From an uncultured bacterium (GTDB lineage: Bacteria > Krumholzibacteriota > Krumholzibacteriia > Krumholzibacteriales > Krumholzibacteriaceae): 64,000 bases of DNA. A model generated the notes under the pieces. That model worked only from the letters and a program-made list of their open reading frames with translations. It had not been told where the DNA came from and ran no database searches. The DNA lies in contig CAWBAN010000001.1 in NCBI GenBank assembly GCA_963786935.1, positions 544,001 to 608,000 of the forward strand. Direction: 5' to 3'. Below are positions 16,135 to 24,674 of this stretch, in pieces (positions within the stretch are counted from its first letter, which is position 1; each line of letters opens with the position of its first letter). The position numbers were made by a program, and so were the translations under genes.

Positions 16135-17369
16135 GAGCCTCCGGCGAGGAGCTGCGGCGGGCGCGGACGGGGCGGAAGGGGCGGATCCTGCTCACGGGCG
16201 GGACCGGCTTTCTCGGAAGCCATTTGGCCGCCGAGCTTCTCAGGTCCGGAAATGAAATCTCGTTGCTCGTCCGGCCGCTCAAGCAGCAACGGGCCGGTGA
16301 GAGGGTTGCGAGGATTCTCGACTGGTTCGGAATCGGATCCGAGCTCAGGAGAAACCTCGAGATCCTCGAAGGAACGATCGAAGCACCGGAGTTTGGATTG
16401 GCCGGCCGGGTCCTCTGGGATTGCCTCGAGAATACGAGGGAGGTGATCCACTGCGCTTCCAACACCGGTTTCGCCGAGAGAAAGAGGCCCGAGGTGGAGG
16501 CCGCCAATATCGGAGGGCTCCGCAACGTTCTCGATTTCGCTTCGAGGAGCGGGTGCGTCTTCTTCCATCATATCAGCACGGCCTATGTAGCGGGGAGGCG
16601 CGAGGGGCTCTGCCGGGAAGAGCTCACGGATACGGACGACTTCACGAACGTTTATGAAGAGACCAAGGCCCGCGGCGAACGGCTGGTCGAGGACCGATGC
16701 CGCGCCGCCGGCATTCGCCTGAACATCTATCGTCCGTCGATCGTGTACGGCGACTCGAGGACGGGACGGAGCCTCCTGTTCAACGCCTTGTACTATCCCG
16801 TGAAAACGACCGTCTTCCTCAAGGACCTGTATGAGGCCGACATCCTGAGGCGCGGCGGCCGCAAGGCCGCGATGGTGGGCGTGCGGCGGAACGGCGACGG
16901 GAGCATCTATTTGCCCATCCGTCTCGAAGCGGAGGGCGCGGAGGGAATCAACCTCATACCGGTCGATCATTTTGTCGCGGCGTTTACGGCCATCAGAGAA
17001 GAAAGCCTGGACGGAGGGATTTTCCATATCGTCAACGCCGGGCAGACGACGATGAAAGATCTCATCGATTATACTCAAAGGCTTTTCAATATCCGTGGCA
17101 TCGAGCCTTGCATGCCGGATCATCTCGGATCCGGGCCGAGGAACGCGCTTGAGGTTCTCTTCGACGGCTACATCGAAGCCTATGGGCCCTACATGCGTGA
17201 TAAGCGTACGTTTGCCATGGACAATGCGCGAGGCATTCTGGCCGGGAAGGGGATCGCCTGTCCGGAGTTCGATTTCGAGATCTTCAGCCGGTGCATGAAT
17301 TACGCCGTTGAGGTGGGCTGGGGCGCCCGGCTGTTCGGGGGGTGCATGAGCGATGCCGGTAAGCGATGA
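16131..17369 (+). CDS. Extended SDR, NAD_binding_4 (fatty acyl-CoA / thioester reductase-like)
   Basis: ILLTGGTGFLG, VIHCAS, HHISTAYVAG, FTNVYEETK (YxxxK), IYRPSIVYGDS, NLIPVD. Confidence 0.8.
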   Translation: MRASGEELRRARTGRKGRILLTGGTGFLGSHLAAELLRSGNEISLLVRPLKQQRAGERVARILDWFGIGSELRRNLEILEGTIEAPEFGLAGRVLWDCLENTREVIHCASNTGFAERKRPEVEAANIGGLRNVLDFASRSGCVFFHHISTAYVAGRREGLCREELTDTDDFTNVYEETKARGERLVEDRCRAAGIRLNIYRPSIVYGDSRTGRSLLFNALYYPVKTTVFLKDLYEADILRRGGRKAAMVGVRRNGDGSIYLPIRLEAEGAEGINLIPVDHFVAAFTAIREESLDGGIFHIVNAGQTTMKDLIDYTQRLFNIRGIEPCMPDHLGSGPRNALEVLFDGYIEAYGPYMRDKRTFAMDNARGILAGKGIACPEFDFEIFSRCMNYAVEVGWGARLFGGCMSDAGKR

Positions 17370-17697
17370 TTATCTCCAATTCGTTCTCGACCAGCTCGCG
17401 GGCTTGAACGGGGTGTCCGCTCGGAGGATGTTCGGCGGCGCCGGGCTCTATCGCGAGGGGATAATGTTCGGTCTCATCGCGGACGACAGGGCGTATCTGC
17501 GCGTCGATGATTCGAACCGCGCGTCTTTCGAGGATGCCGGATCCGAACCGTTCCATCCCTACGGCGCGAAAGCGACGATGCCGTACTACGAAGTTCCCGT
17601 CGACGTGCTCGAGGATTCGGGAGATCTCTGCGCATGGGCCCACAAAGCTCTCGCGGCGGCGGTGCGGGGACATCGGGCTTCACCGCGGCGGAAGTAG
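17353..17697 (+). CDS. TfoX/Sxy N-terminal domain protein
   Basis: FVLDQL...ARRMFGGAGLY...FGLIADDRAYLRVD...MPYYEVP. Confidence 0.85.
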   Translation: MPVSDDYLQFVLDQLAGLNGVSARRMFGGAGLYREGIMFGLIADDRAYLRVDDSNRASFEDAGSEPFHPYGAKATMPYYEVPVDVLEDSGDLCAWAHKALAAAVRGHRASPRRK

Positions 17698-17727
17698 CCG
17701 CGCCGTCGGCCGCGACCGCCGGGATCC

Positions 17728-19611
17728 TCAGGGCGAGCTCTCGAGCCGCTTGAGCATTTCGGTGAGCTGCGGCTCTCCCGGGACTTCCACGAGCGCCTTC
17801 TTGACCCAGCTGATCGCTTCGTCGCGGTCGCCCTCCGCCATCGCCGCGCGCGCGAGCAGCCTGCACGCGAGCGCCCGTTCCATCGGCCGGTCGGCCGCGC
17901 TCGCCTCGCGGTAGAGCCGCTTCGCCTCCTCGCGGCGTCCGAGGCGGTCGAGCGCCATGCCGTACTCCGCGGCGAGGAGCGGGAAGCGCGGGGAGCGCGC
18001 GTACGCCCGGGAGAACGCGTCGGCGGCTTCCTGCATCCGTCCCCGCTGCCGGAGGATCCGCGCGTAGCTCACGATCGCCTCGACCTTGTCCGGATCGAGC
18101 CGGTACGCCTGCTCGAACTCCTCCTGCGCCCGCGCCTCGTCGCCGCGCTCCGCGTAGTGCTTTCCGAGAAACGAGTGTATCGCGGCGTCGCTCAGCGGCG
18201 CGAGCGGCCTGCCCGAGACGAGGAAGAAGAGCGCGACGGCGAGCGCCGCGGCGGCGCCGAGACGTTTCAGGCGCCTCAGCGAGAGCTCCCGCGCGCTCCA
18301 GACGATGAAATAGGCGGCGAGGAGGATGAGGAGCGGCGTCGCCGGGAGCCGGTAGCGCGCGATGACGAAGAACGCGACGACCGAAACGACCGCGCACGCG
18401 AGAAAGAGGGCCGTGGCGCTCCGGTTCCTCCCGCCGCGCATCATGACGATGAATCCGCATACGGCGAGCGGCGCGATCACCGAGAAGGGCAGGAAGAGAA
18501 ACCTGAGGACGCCGCAGGTCTTCATGCAGAAGATGACGTTCGGAATGTCGGGGACGTCGACGTTGAAGTACAGCACCAGTTTCTTCCCGATCAGCGCGAG
18601 CCACTTCGCGGGGTGCCGCGCGATATGCTTGATCGTCTCGCGGAAGTAGTACTCGGACACCTCCGCCTGCGTCATGGATCTCCCCGTCTCGGCCTCGGCT
18701 TTCGTGCGCGAGTCCTCCGCGATCGACGTCATGCCCGTGCGCACGTCGACGGGAGGCTGGAATGCGCCGCTCGCGCCCGGCCCGTTCCCGATGTAGAAGT
18801 TGAATCCTCCGTGGGCGGTCACGGGGACGAAGCGGCCGGTCGCCCTCGCGTTGTAGACGATCGGGGGGGCGAGGAACAGCGCGGCGCCGGCGACGAGCGC
18901 GCCGGCGGGGAGCAGCCATCGGCGGCCGCTCCGGCGCCTCGCGAAAAGCCATACCGGAAGTGCGGCGATCAGGAGGAGGAAGAGATTGGGTCTTCCGAGC
19001 GCGCCGGTCCCGACGAGGGCGCCGAGAACGAGCCCCGAGACCCCGGGGGGCACCCGGCGGCTCCCGAGCATCACGGGGCGCTCTCCCCGCAGGTCGCCGT
19101 CGAGCGCGAGCGCGAGCGCGAACGAGGCCGTGAACAGGAATATCTCGAGCGTCGAAGCGAGCAGCATGCCCTCGTACAGGACGAACGGCATGTAGAGGAC
19201 GGCGAGCGCCGCGGCAACGAGCCCCACGGCCTCTCCGTGCCGTTTCCCCTTCCACGCGCCGGGGGCGAACCGGCGCCCGAGGAGATAGACGAGCGCGACG
19301 GTGAAGAGCCCGATCGCGGCCTGAACGAGACGCGCGGGGAGAAGCCCTGCGCCGAAGAGCTTGAAGAGCACGACGAGAAACGCCGGGTAGAGCGGATTGA
19401 AGGTCAAGGCGCCCGCCGGCGGCGCGCCCCCGCCCGCGATGTCGCGGGCAACGTCGAAATAGAGCTGCGAATCGAGCGAGAGGGAGCCGCCGAGCTCGTT
19501 CCGCCCGAGCTGCACGAGGAAGATCGCCCGCGTGACGGCCGCCACGACAAGAATCGCGGCGAGAATCGCCGCCGCCGGGACCGCCCCTTTCCGCTGATTC
19601 TTTCTGTTCAT
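17728..19611 (-). CDS. GT-C membrane glycosyltransferase (ArnT/PMT_2-like) with C-terminal TPRs
   Basis: LDSQLY, PLYPAFL, LGRPN, GGFNFYIGN, ARYRLP; many TM helices; TPR-like C-terminus. Confidence 0.75.
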   Translation of the reverse strand: MNRKNQRKGAVPAAAILAAILVVAAVTRAIFLVQLGRNELGGSLSLDSQLYFDVARDIAGGGAPPAGALTFNPLYPAFLVVLFKLFGAGLLPARLVQAAIGLFTVALVYLLGRRFAPGAWKGKRHGEAVGLVAAALAVLYMPFVLYEGMLLASTLEIFLFTASFALALALDGDLRGERPVMLGSRRVPPGVSGLVLGALVGTGALGRPNLFLLLIAALPVWLFARRRSGRRWLLPAGALVAGAALFLAPPIVYNARATGRFVPVTAHGGFNFYIGNGPGASGAFQPPVDVRTGMTSIAEDSRTKAEAETGRSMTQAEVSEYYFRETIKHIARHPAKWLALIGKKLVLYFNVDVPDIPNVIFCMKTCGVLRFLFLPFSVIAPLAVCGFIVMMRGGRNRSATALFLACAVVSVVAFFVIARYRLPATPLLILLAAYFIVWSARELSLRRLKRLGAAAALAVALFFLVSGRPLAPLSDAAIHSFLGKHYAERGDEARAQEEFEQAYRLDPDKVEAIVSYARILRQRGRMQEAADAFSRAYARSPRFPLLAAEYGMALDRLGRREEAKRLYREASAADRPMERALACRLLARAAMAEGDRDEAISWVKKALVEVPGEPQLTEMLKRLESSP

Positions 19612-19711
19612 ACGCCTCCGGCGACATTATAATGCAGGGAGGGTTCCGTACCGCAAGCATTACTCGATTCCGGCCGTCGCCTTCCGCGCCGGCCGCGCGA
19701 TTCGGGGGGGC

Positions 19712-21109
19712 ATGGTCGCCACATCGGGCCCGATCGATTCGTTCGCCTCGCGGCTGCGCTACCGCGCCGGCTACGAGGAGCGGTGCGTCCGCACGCTCGA
19801 GACGGCGATCGGCTCGACGCGGGCGTACGGGGCGTGGCGCGCGCTCGATCCGGGGCCGCCGGCCGGGGTTTTCGCGCGCCTCGCCGCGCTCCCCGCGCTG
19901 ACGAAGGAGGATCTTCGCGCCCACGGCCCCGCGGGATTCGTCCCCGGCGGCCGCGATCTCGAGGCGGCGCTCGCCGCCGGCGAGGTCGAGCTCGTCAAAA
20001 CGAGCGGCTCGACGGGGGATCGGGTCGTCAACGCGTGGCATCAGCCGTGGTGGGACGCCTCGGAAGCCGCCTCGTGGCGTCTCAACGCCCGCGTGCGCGA
20101 CGCGGCCGTCGGGGAGCATCCCGAGGCGATCCTCACGAGCCCCTGGTGCACCGGCGTCCCCTGCGAGGACGAGTACCTCGCGATGCACCAGCGCACGCTC
20201 GGGAGGTTCCTCTACCTCAGCGAGCGCTCCGATCCGAGCGCGTGGGACGAGTCGCTCATGGATCGCATGATCGTCGAGCTCAACGAGTTCAAGCCGGTCG
20301 TCATCGAGGCAAATCCGTCCTTCCTCGCGCGGCTCTCGCGCCATATCGTGAAGCGGGGGCTCCGCGCGCACGCCCCGGCGACCATCATCCTCACCTACGA
20401 GAATCCGTCGATCCTCCATCATCGCCAGATCCGCGCGGCGTTCGACGCGCCGGTCGCCAGCTCGTACGGATCGACCGAGACCGCGTACGTGTTCATGGAA
20501 TGCGAAGCGGGCCGCATGCATCAGGTCGCGGAGAGCTGCCATGTCGATTTCCTGCCGTTCGCGCCGGAGCACGGCGGACCGGACATCGGACGCATCCTCG
20601 TCACGACCTTCGAGAATCCCTGGCGCGCGCTCCTCCGCTTCGACGTCGGCGACGTCGTCCGGCTCGACGGACGCGGGCCGTGCCCGTGCGGCCGCGACGA
20701 GGGGCTCACCCTCGCCTCGATCGAGGGGCGCACGATCGGCATCACGCTGACGCCGGAAGGGGGAGCGGTGACGCAGGGCGCCGTCGACCGGACCCTCGGC
20801 GCCGTGGAGGGGCTCGTCGAGTACCAGCTCGCGCAGACCGGGCCCGAGGCGTTTCTCCTGCGTTTCGTGAGCGATGAAGCGGCGCCGGCCGGCGTCGGAC
20901 GCGCGGCCCGGGAAGCGCTCGCCGCGCTGTACGGCGGCCGCGCGGTCATCACGCCGGAGCGGGTCGACGCGATTCGGCCCGATCCGCCGGGAAAATACAA
21001 GCTCGCCAAACGGCACGAGCCGCTCGACCACGACGCGCTGCTCGACGAACGGTTCGCCCCGCGGCGCGTCGGGGGAACGTCCGGATCCAGCGAGGAGGCA
21101 CGCTCATGA
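19712..21109 (+). CDS. Phenylacetate-CoA ligase (PaaK/CapK)-like adenylate-forming enzyme
   Basis: LPALTKEDLR, KTSGSTG P-loop, SSYGSTE, ILVTT, LLRFDVGD, CPCGR, IEGR, GKY. Confidence 0.8.
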   Translation: MVATSGPIDSFASRLRYRAGYEERCVRTLETAIGSTRAYGAWRALDPGPPAGVFARLAALPALTKEDLRAHGPAGFVPGGRDLEAALAAGEVELVKTSGSTGDRVVNAWHQPWWDASEAASWRLNARVRDAAVGEHPEAILTSPWCTGVPCEDEYLAMHQRTLGRFLYLSERSDPSAWDESLMDRMIVELNEFKPVVIEANPSFLARLSRHIVKRGLRAHAPATIILTYENPSILHHRQIRAAFDAPVASSYGSTETAYVFMECEAGRMHQVAESCHVDFLPFAPEHGGPDIGRILVTTFENPWRALLRFDVGDVVRLDGRGPCPCGRDEGLTLASIEGRTIGITLTPEGGAVTQGAVDRTLGAVEGLVEYQLAQTGPEAFLLRFVSDEAAPAGVGRAAREALAALYGGRAVITPERVDAIRPDPPGKYKLAKRHEPLDHDALLDERFAPRRVGGTSGSSEEARS

Positions 21110-21822
21110 GCACCGGGGGAGTTCCCGCTCCCATATATCTGATCGCAGGGGATCCCGGCTCGCGCCGGGCGATGAAGGATCCTCTCATCTGTCGGGCGCT
21201 CGCGAGCTGCCGGGTCGCCGATCCCTCGATCGCCTATATCGGCGCGGCGAGCGGAGACGACAAATCGTTTTTCACGATGCTCGCGCGGCTCATGGTCGCC
21301 TGCGGGGCGGGGGCGGTCGAGCTCGCGCCGCTCGCCGGCCGGCGCGTCAAGCTCGAGCGGACGCGCTCGATCCTCGAGCGGGCCGATATGGTATTCATCA
21401 GCGGCGGCGACGTGGAGGAGGGCATGAGCGTGATCGGGGAGCGCGGGATGCTGCCCGCGCTCGCCGAGCTGTACCGGGGCGGAAAACCATTCTTCGGGCT
21501 CTCGGCGGGAAGCATCATGCTCGCGCGCCAATGGATCGTCTGGGAGGACCCTTCCGACGACTCGACGGCGAGCGCGATCCCGTGCCTCGGATTCGCGCCG
21601 GTCCTCTGCGACACGCACGCCGAGGAGGACGATTGGGAGGAGCTCCGCGCCCTGCTCCTGATCTCTCCCGAGGGAACCGCCGGATACGGCATACCGGCGG
21701 GGGGCGGGCTCCTCGTCCGTCCCGGCGGGGAGATCGAGGCGCTCGGCAAGCCGGCGAGCCGCTTCGCGAAGCTCGACCGTATGGTGAAACGCCGTCCGGA
21801 CCTCGGGCCCGATGAACGATGA
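21106..21822 (+). CDS. Peptidase S51 (dipeptidase E / cyanophycinase-like, class I GAT-like fold)
   Basis: IAYIGAASGDD, ADMVFISGGD, FFGLSAGSIML (nucleophile Ser), CDTH. Confidence 0.75.
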   Translation: MSTGGVPAPIYLIAGDPGSRRAMKDPLICRALASCRVADPSIAYIGAASGDDKSFFTMLARLMVACGAGAVELAPLAGRRVKLERTRSILERADMVFISGGDVEEGMSVIGERGMLPALAELYRGGKPFFGLSAGSIMLARQWIVWEDPSDDSTASAIPCLGFAPVLCDTHAEEDDWEELRALLLISPEGTAGYGIPAGGGLLVRPGGEIEALGKPASRFAKLDRMVKRRPDLGPDER

Positions 21823-21904
21823 ATTTCGCGAATCGCCCGCAAAACTCTTTCCGGGGCGCATTCCGCCGGGGTATAATCCGGCGGGCGTCTTCAGGGGAGG
21901 TCTC

Positions 21905-23263
21905 ATGGGAGCGATCGTTCGGGGGCCGCGTCGATGCGCGGTCTTGTTTGCGATGATGATGACGCTCTGGTTCCTCGTTCCGCGCGGCGGGGCCGCGGCG
22001 GGGCTCGGGGGGACGGAGCCGGGAGCGAAGGCGGATGCGGCCATGGATGGAATCGCGGAGAAATTCGTGAGGCTCGCCCTCGCCGTCGGCGAGCACGATC
22101 CGGTCTACGTCGACGCCTATTTCGGGCCCGCGGCGTGGCGGGAGCAGGCGAAGGCGGAGAAGATCGCGCTCGCGGAGATCAGGACCGCCGCGGCTCCGCT
22201 CATCGCGGAGCTCGAACGGATGGACGCGAGCGGCATGGATGAGCCGCTCCGCCTGCGGCGCGAGTTTCTCGTGAAGCAGCTCGAGTCGCTCGTGGGACGC
22301 GTGATCGTGCTCGAGGGCACGAAGCTCTCCTTCGACGAGGAATCGATGGCGCTTTTCGACGCCGTCGCCCCGATCGCCGACGAACGGCGTTTCGAAGCGG
22401 CGCTCGCCCGGATCGACTCGCTCCTCCCTCCCGGCGAGGGGACGCTCGTCGACCGGCTCGAGCGATTCAAGAAAGAGCTCGTCATACCGGCGGACCGGCT
22501 CGACGCCGTGTTCGTCGCGGCGATCGCCGAGGCCCGCCGGCGAACGAGGGAGCACATTCCCCTCCCCGATGACGAATCGTTCACCGTCGAGTACGTGAAG
22601 GGCGCGCCGTGGAGCGCGTACAACTGGTATCAGGGCGGGAACCGCAGCGTGATCCAGATCAACACCGATTTCCCGACCTACATCGACGCGCCGCTGGGTC
22701 TCGCCTGCCACGAGGGGTATCCGGGTCATCACGTGCAGAACGTCCTGTTCGAGCAGGGGCTCGTGGAGGACCGCGGGTGGATCGAGTTCGCCGTCTCCCC
22801 GCTCTTCAGCCCGATCTCTCCGATCAACGAAGGCAGCGCGAATTTCGGAATCGAGACCGCGTTTCCCGGCGATTCGCGGCGCGTGTTCGAGCGCGACGTG
22901 CTGTTTCCGCTCGCCGGCGTCGACACGGCCGCGGCGGACGCCTACTTCGAGATTCGGAAGCTGATGCGGGAGCTGGACAGCGCGGACAACGAGGCCGCGC
23001 GCCGGTATCTCGACGGGAAGATCAACGCGGAAGAGGCCGCGCAGTATCTATCGACCTACGCGCTCATGTCCCCCGAGCGGGCCCGGAGACTCGTGACGTT
23101 CTTCGACCGGTACCGGAGCTACATCATCACCTACAACGTCGGCTACGATCTCGTGAAGAGCTACATAGAAAAGCGCGGGGGCACGGCGGATCGTCCGGAG
23201 AAGCGGTGGGAAGAATACCGGGCGCTCATTTCCCTCCCACGCGTTCCGTCGCAGCTGCACTAA
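21905..23263 (+). CDS. Secreted DUF885-like putative zinc metallopeptidase
   Basis: AGGGGAGG precedes ATG 21905 (track start is 21812). Hydrophobic signal, VDAYFGP, PWSAYNWYQG, LACHEGYPGHH, NEGSAN, YRSYIITYNVG. Confidence 0.7.
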   Translation: MGAIVRGPRRCAVLFAMMMTLWFLVPRGGAAAGLGGTEPGAKADAAMDGIAEKFVRLALAVGEHDPVYVDAYFGPAAWREQAKAEKIALAEIRTAAAPLIAELERMDASGMDEPLRLRREFLVKQLESLVGRVIVLEGTKLSFDEESMALFDAVAPIADERRFEAALARIDSLLPPGEGTLVDRLERFKKELVIPADRLDAVFVAAIAEARRRTREHIPLPDDESFTVEYVKGAPWSAYNWYQGGNRSVIQINTDFPTYIDAPLGLACHEGYPGHHVQNVLFEQGLVEDRGWIEFAVSPLFSPISPINEGSANFGIETAFPGDSRRVFERDVLFPLAGVDTAAADAYFEIRKLMRELDSADNEAARRYLDGKINAEEAAQYLSTYALMSPERARRLVTFFDRYRSYIITYNVGYDLVKSYIEKRGGTADRPEKRWEEYRALISLPRVPSQLH

Positions 23264-23276
23264 GGAGGCCTCGTTC

Positions 23277-24239
23277 ATGATCAAGGAAATCGCCGCCCGG
23301 AATCTCGATCCCGAGCGGTTCGTCGCGGAGAAGATCGAGGAGATCCGGTCGACGGTCTCGGACGGGACCGCGATCAACGCCCTGTCGGGCGGGGTCGATT
23401 CCTCGACGGTCACGATGCTCGGGCACCGCGCCCTCGGGAAGAAGCTCAGGACGGTGTTTGTGGAGAACGGCCTCATGCGGGAGGGGGAGCCGGAACGGGT
23501 CCGCGGACTCTTCGAGAAGCTCGGCGTCGCCGTCGAGATCGTCGACGCGCGCGCGGAGTTCTTCGGGGCCCTCAAGGGGATCACGGATCCCGAGGAGAAA
23601 CGCGAAGCGATCACGCAGACGTTCTACAAGAAGGTGTTCGGGCGCCTCGTGCGCGAGAGCGGCGCGAAACACCTGCTCCAGGGCACGATCCTCACCGACG
23701 TCGACGAAACCGTCGCCGGCATCAAGCGCCAGCACAACGTATTCGAGCAGCTCGGCATCGATCCCCAGGAGGCGTTCGGCTACCGGATCATCGAGCCGCT
23801 CATCCAGCTCCGCAAGGACGGCGTGCGGATCGTCGGCAAGACGCTGGGCCTCCCGTCCGAGCTGTTCCAGCGCATTCCGTTCCCCGGGCCGGCGCTCTCG
23901 GCGCGTGTGCTCGGGGAGGTGACCCCCGAACGGGTCGAAACGGTGCGGAAGGCCACCGTGATCGTCGAGCGGCTGCTCTCGGGCACGAAGGCGTTCCAGT
24001 ACCTGGCGATCCTCCACGAGGACCGCGTGACCGGCATGCGCGGGGGGAAGCGCGATTTCGGCATGCAGATCGAAATTCGTTGCTGGGATAGCCTCGACGC
24101 ACGGATCGCGACGCCGACGAGGCTCCCGTTCGAAACGCTCGACACCCTCGCCGACGAGATCATCAAGAAGGTGCCGGGCGTCGTGAGCGTCACGTACAAC
24201 ATCGCGACGAAGCCGCCGTCGACGATCGAGGCGGTTTGA
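23277..24239 (+). CDS. GMP synthase ATP-pyrophosphatase subunit (GuaAB-like), no fused glutaminase domain
   Basis: ALSGGVDSS PP-loop, NGLMR, GITDPEEKR, LLQGTILTD, IKRQHNV, EPL, PFPGPAL, YNIATKPPSTIE. RBS AAGGAGG. Confidence 0.85.
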   Translation: MIKEIAARNLDPERFVAEKIEEIRSTVSDGTAINALSGGVDSSTVTMLGHRALGKKLRTVFVENGLMREGEPERVRGLFEKLGVAVEIVDARAEFFGALKGITDPEEKREAITQTFYKKVFGRLVRESGAKHLLQGTILTDVDETVAGIKRQHNVFEQLGIDPQEAFGYRIIEPLIQLRKDGVRIVGKTLGLPSELFQRIPFPGPALSARVLGEVTPERVETVRKATVIVERLLSGTKAFQYLAILHEDRVTGMRGGKRDFGMQIEIRCWDSLDARIATPTRLPFETLDTLADEIIKKVPGVVSVTYNIATKPPSTIEAV

Positions 24240-24273
24240 TCGCGCGGCGGTTCGACGAGAGGAGGCGGTGCCG

Positions 24274-24597
24274 ATGGCATTCACCCATCATGAACTGAAG
24301 GAGAAGACGCTGGCCGAGCTGAAGGAGATCGCCGCGGGCCTGCAGGACGAAGCGGTCAAGGGATACAGCCAGATGAACAAAGAGCATCTGGTGAAGCAGC
24401 TCTGCATGGCGCTCAAGATCGACATCCACGAGCATCACACGGCGAAGATACCGGAAAAGACCGGCATCAAGGCCGAGATCAAGGCGCTGAAGCGGGAGCG
24501 GGACAAGCTCATGGGCTCCCACGATCACGAGCGGCTCGGCGCGATTCGCGTGAAGATCGCACGCCTGAAGCACCGGCTGAGAAAAGCGGCCGTTTGA
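24274..24597 (+). CDS. Small basic helical protein with Rho-N-like motif
   Basis: GAGGAGG RBS. ELKEKTLAELKEIA...GYSQMNKEHLV resembles Rho-N/HeH. Lys/Arg-rich coiled C-terminus. Confidence 0.65.
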   Translation: MAFTHHELKEKTLAELKEIAAGLQDEAVKGYSQMNKEHLVKQLCMALKIDIHEHHTAKIPEKTGIKAEIKALKRERDKLMGSHDHERLGAIRVKIARLKHRLRKAAV

Positions 24598-24674
24598 TTG
24601 CGGATTGACCGTTTCTTTTCAATGTGTTAGCTTGTTGTGTCTTTTTTGCGGCATTCTGCTGAAAAGGAGCGGTC

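Noticed and set aside
24598..24674. T-box or other attenuator upstream of valS
   Set aside because: The gap is only ~77 bp, with no T-box consensus or terminator hairpin.
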